This document shows, one piece after another, positions 60,243-64,000 of a stretch of 64,000 nucleotides of DNA; position 1 is the first letter of the stretch; each line of letters begins with the position of its first letter. Source of the stretch: Selaginella moellendorffii (taxonomy: Eukaryota > Plantae > Lycopodiophyta); NCBI RefSeq assembly GCF_000143415.4, contig NW_003314356.1:372001-436000 (forward strand), given 5' to 3'. The notes beneath the pieces were generated by a model that saw only the letters and a program-made list of their open reading frames with translations, made no database searches and was not told the DNA's origin. The position numbers and the translations under genes are program-made.

Positions 60243-61907
60243 CAGAAAGAGAAGACAGTAGTGACTTGAAGAGGAGTTTACAAGCCACCATTTGTGTCAC
60301 TAGATCTGGTGCCAACAGAGATCCACTCTTAACCGACACTGGGGGATCTATGGCAGGCTAAGCTGCTGCTTTCTTCTTCGCTTGGGCTCAAGTGGCTGCG
60401 GTTTGCTGCTATTGTCCAACACCTAAGAAGGTCAGCAGATCACTCCCCTTCTATAGAACATGGAGCTGAGGTCAACCTAAAGGTGGCTGCACCATAGCTC
60501 GTAGATCTAAGTCATTATAATCTACCGAGGATGGAGAAGACTCGGCCCGAGAAGGTGCTTTATCGTACCTAAGTTGCTTTTGGATATTAGAAAGTTTACT
60601 CTGTACCTTAGGGCTTTGAGGTATGGTAAGAGGGTGCCAATTTGTCACATGTCTAGTTTGTATCAGCATCAAATACCCCGAACACTGCAAATGCCCAGCC
60701 AAGGCAACTAGGTTGACAGGAGCAAGAAGACTGTAAGCTAGTGCTCAAGTCACTCAAAGTTGCCCATTATGCTTGTGACGAAGAGAAATAAGGGTGAAAA
60801 TGGAAGGAGACATAGGCCTCAAGCACACGTAACTGTTGACCCATAGGGCAATTGCCAAAGTAGCTGTTGGAGTAGCCGCTGGAGTAGCCGGTAACCAGTA
60901 ACTGGTAACCGGTAACTAGGGACCTGTAACCTGTAACCAGTAACCCCCGCTCTCGCTCCTACTCCTGCGTCTGCTCCAACACCAACTCCTATCCCTATTC
61001 CTATGCCTACCTATTCCTTGAAGATTGCTTCATTCCCAAAGAACTCCCAACTTGTTCCTTCCCCATTTTGACTATTAGGCTTGTTGGAAAGGGCTCAGCC
61101 CTGTCTACCCTCTATCACAGGAATTCAGGAAGAAGCTGCCTCAATATTCCCCAAAATCCAAGAAAAGGTAGCCTAGAATGCCAATATTGTGGAAAAACAT
61201 GTGTATGTCACTGATGTAGATCAATATTAAGGCGCCGTTGGTATTTTCGAAAAGCCTAGGAGCAGGAGCACCTCTAGAAACAAACGGCATACAAAACAAC
61301 GCCTAGAGGAGCACGAATTCCTGCTACAAAGATGACCCAATTTAGCCAGAGAAGAAAATCCTTTTGCATGCCACTGAATTAGCCAAGTCTAGAATCACCA
61401 CTACTCATAGATCTAGGCCAGATCTACTAGCCCAAATACACTACCTTGAGAAATTGGGCTGAGGATCCAGGTGAGAAAGGGAAAACCACAAAATGTTCAT
61501 CTAACCGAGCCAAGAAACATTGTATCTCTTCAAATACTACACGGCTTGATGAGTGCCATACCTTGCTAGAAAGAGGAGCTCCAGACCTATCCAACATGTC
61601 CAAGATCAAATAAAACTACCACAAGATGAACAAAGAATTCCTTCCCAAAGTCTGAGGCCAAAGGAAAGAGAGAGAAATGACACCTCAGAAAGTGTTGTGC
61701 GTCACGCCAGGTTCACCATTTGTTCGGGGAAGGAGGGGTGCCTCCCCCAACGCTCGCTCAAACACAAAAAATTCTTCAATGCTCTCTACAAAATGCCCCC
61801 CCTTGCCCTTGTGAGGCAAGGGTTTTATACAAGGAAGATGGGGAATATTCTAAAGACTAGAATAATCCCTCTCTCTCTCTCACTCTCTTGGTGGCCACAC
61901 CCTAACA
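60243..61907 (-). mobile_element. Element D, 5' half: LTR 61721-61907, tRNA-Trp-type PBS 61702-61718, leader
   Basis: The LTR is the reverse complement of 33736-33931. PBS TGGTGAACCTGGCGTGA resembles the complement of the plant tRNA-Trp 3' end (TGGTGAACCCGACGTGA, recalled). CATG at 61908-61911. Confidence 0.8.
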
Positions 61908-62300
61908 CATGGACAGAAAAAGACTTAGTAGGGACCAAAGAAGAGATATTAAGGAAGGGTGTTCTTCATGTATCTGGGCATCCTAAGGATGCTAAGGTGT
62001 GGTCATGGGATGACCACTCATGGATGGATAGCCCAGGCTTTGGGAGACAAAACTATATTACAAGTGGTCTTGGAATACCCACGAGACAAAAGTGAAGGGA
62101 CATAACTTTAGTGTAATGGGCTAATATATTAGTGGTACCTTTGAGTGTATGTCATGGGGTTAGATATGTGGAACTTTTGGACCAAGTGCAAAGGCTGAGT
62201 GGCATAGATGCCATTCATGAGGCTAGCATGTCCCCAAGTTAGGAATAAGACTTACGCTGGTTGTGAGTGAGACTCTTCCAAGTGGCCAAAGGTATGGCTA
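61908..62300 (+). repeat. E-subfamily LTR, 3' part
   Basis: Matches ~1840-2228 and continues 33932-35190 across element D. Confidence 0.75.
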
Positions 62301-64000
62301 TGTAGCGCACTTGAATTTGGAGCTGAACTCCAAGCCTATTGCGTTATAAAATGAGGGTCTAGCACAATCCTACAAGCACCAACTCCCCATATCCAGCATC
62401 TACACACAAAATGGTGTTAGATGGTGTCTGGCACAATTTTGGCATACTGGTGGCCTAATGTGAGGAGGAGGGTACCCCACCAACTAAAACAGTGTGGAGC
62501 TTGGGCTTAGACCCAAGTCAGATGTAGAATAAGGAGCGACATAGCCTAGCGGGAGCCAAACTAATGTCTTAGGTGATTAGATATGCATTCCAACCACTAT
62601 CCCTACTATACATTAAGAACCCCCTATATCCCCCCCCCCCCACAAACACCCTTGTTATCATGCCCTTTGTCTCATTTCAGTCCCAAATGCTATTTATGGA
62701 AAGTGTCTAGGTTTGCTCATTTGGCATATCTATGGAATGCAGAGATTGTCCTAAACATAATGGTGTTTGTCCCATGTCTAAATTTGCAATCTAGGGACAT
62801 TCCATATTTAATAAGTTTTGAGCTTATCGTAGAGAGTAACTCCTGGTACTATAGAATGGTGCCCTCTAGTAAAGAACTTCCTAGGATGGGGAAGTGGAGT
62901 TTGCACAACACATGCAATGCAAGGTGTTAGAGACACTTAGAAAATTGACTTTAAAAAGTCAAAATTAAAAGTTCCAAAGTGCAATACTTATGCTAGTCGA
63001 GGCTAAGGTTACTCTTGAATGAGTAGTCAAATTAAAAGAGAGACGATGTCTTTAACATATTTAGCATGAAATAAACGAATACAAAAGGGAAGGACCACCA
63101 TAAATAGTCTAATGAGTTTCTAAATTGAAGAAACTATGCTCCTTAGAGGATGGACAAACCATGGTGAGCTTTCGATGTCAAACCATTAACAAATATTAGT
63201 TAAGTACCAAGGATGAAAAGGGTAATACATGCTAGTGTTACTTTATAAAATGGTTTATCATTCGATAAAAACATCAAACTTTGTATATGGGTGGTGGAGT
63301 TGTGAAACACAAATCCTAGAGCCCCAAAAGTGGAGCTCAAAGGGTGCCACATGATAGTGGCCAACGTGGAAGACAAACGGGAGTAACACGTTTGGACTAA
63401 AAGCTTTGACTTGAATAGTCGAGAGTGGGAATGGAACTCCTAAAGAAGTGCTTGAGGAATGAGCACGAAGCAACCCAGTGGAGCCAATTTGGCCAGGAAT
63501 GATTAGTTTGACCCAAGAAAGTTATGCCCGAATAGTCAATGCTCTCAGTCCAAGTGTGGGTGGCACTACCTAATTAAATACCTGACATGGCTCAATGGAA
63601 CCTCACTCTAGCCCCATGGCTAGAGCACCCAAAGGCTCACCTCACTCTAGCCCCATGGCTAGAGCAGCCAAAGTCCCAAATTATGGAAAGGAAGAAGAGA
63701 AGAAGAGTAGTCCTTTGGTGCAGTGATCAAGGATACGGTCATGTGGTGAGGAAGTCCTAAAGTATAGTGGGACTTAGTGGTCAGGCTTGTGGGCCTTGAT
63801 CCAGTGGCAATGTTGGTGAACACGACCATAGAAAGAAAAAGGAATTAGTGGGGATTGTAAAAGGGATATTGGGGAAGGCTATTCCCCATGTTTGCGGGCA
63901 TCATAAGGATGCTAAGGAGTGGATCTAGGATGATCACTCATGGATGGATAGCTCACTCTTTGACAAACTACAGGTGGTGTTAAACCACTAGTGTGACAAA
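62301..64000 (+). mobile_element. Mosaic: F-like LTR fragments in both orientations (62301-62850), E internal 3' end with PPT (63286-63300), E LTR from 63301 running off the window
   Basis: ~62440-62640 is the reverse complement of the F LTR and ~62645-62850 is forward F LTR. ~62860-63300 is the reverse complement of ~37580-38010. The LTR starts TGTGAAACAC. Confidence 0.7.

Noticed and set aside
60860-60946. GTAACC(A/G/T) 7-mer tandem repeats, plus small local duplications at ~51290-51340 and ~63600-63670
   Set aside because: Ordinary slippage repeats without unique spacers; not CRISPR or telomeric arrays.

Overview
No host protein-coding gene is recognisable. The whole 64 kb is a nested cluster of Ty3/gypsy LTR retrotransposons, typical of plant heterochromatin. 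A non-seed-plant host is suggested by the element types but cannot be proven from this window. I label the families A-F for convenience. A (13045-23332) and B (~2900-12788) are non-chromovirus gypsy elements with long extra regions after integrase. C is a chromovirus present as two inverted copies (23668-30949 +, 54026-60242 -) plus an older fragment. D is a short-LTR, tRNA-Trp-primed, RT-less element. E and F are degenerate, probably non-autonomous families that also left solo LTRs. A TRIM and a MITE are nested inside these. The main finding is that the family C integrase is interrupted by two short GT-AG introns (47 and 52 nt), present in both copies. Removing them exactly restores the D,D(35)E catalytic spacing and the GPY/F motif, which points to an LTR retrotransposon that needs splicing to make integrase but propagates unspliced RNA. 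A second finding is that three independent target-site-duplication pairs are split across opposite strands, showing a ~25-35 kb inversion (or an assembly misjoin) between the two inverted C copies. A third is a pair of tandem tRNA T-loop-like hairpins conserved in the 3' UTR of two families. All coordinates were read by eye, and similarity statements are qualitative.
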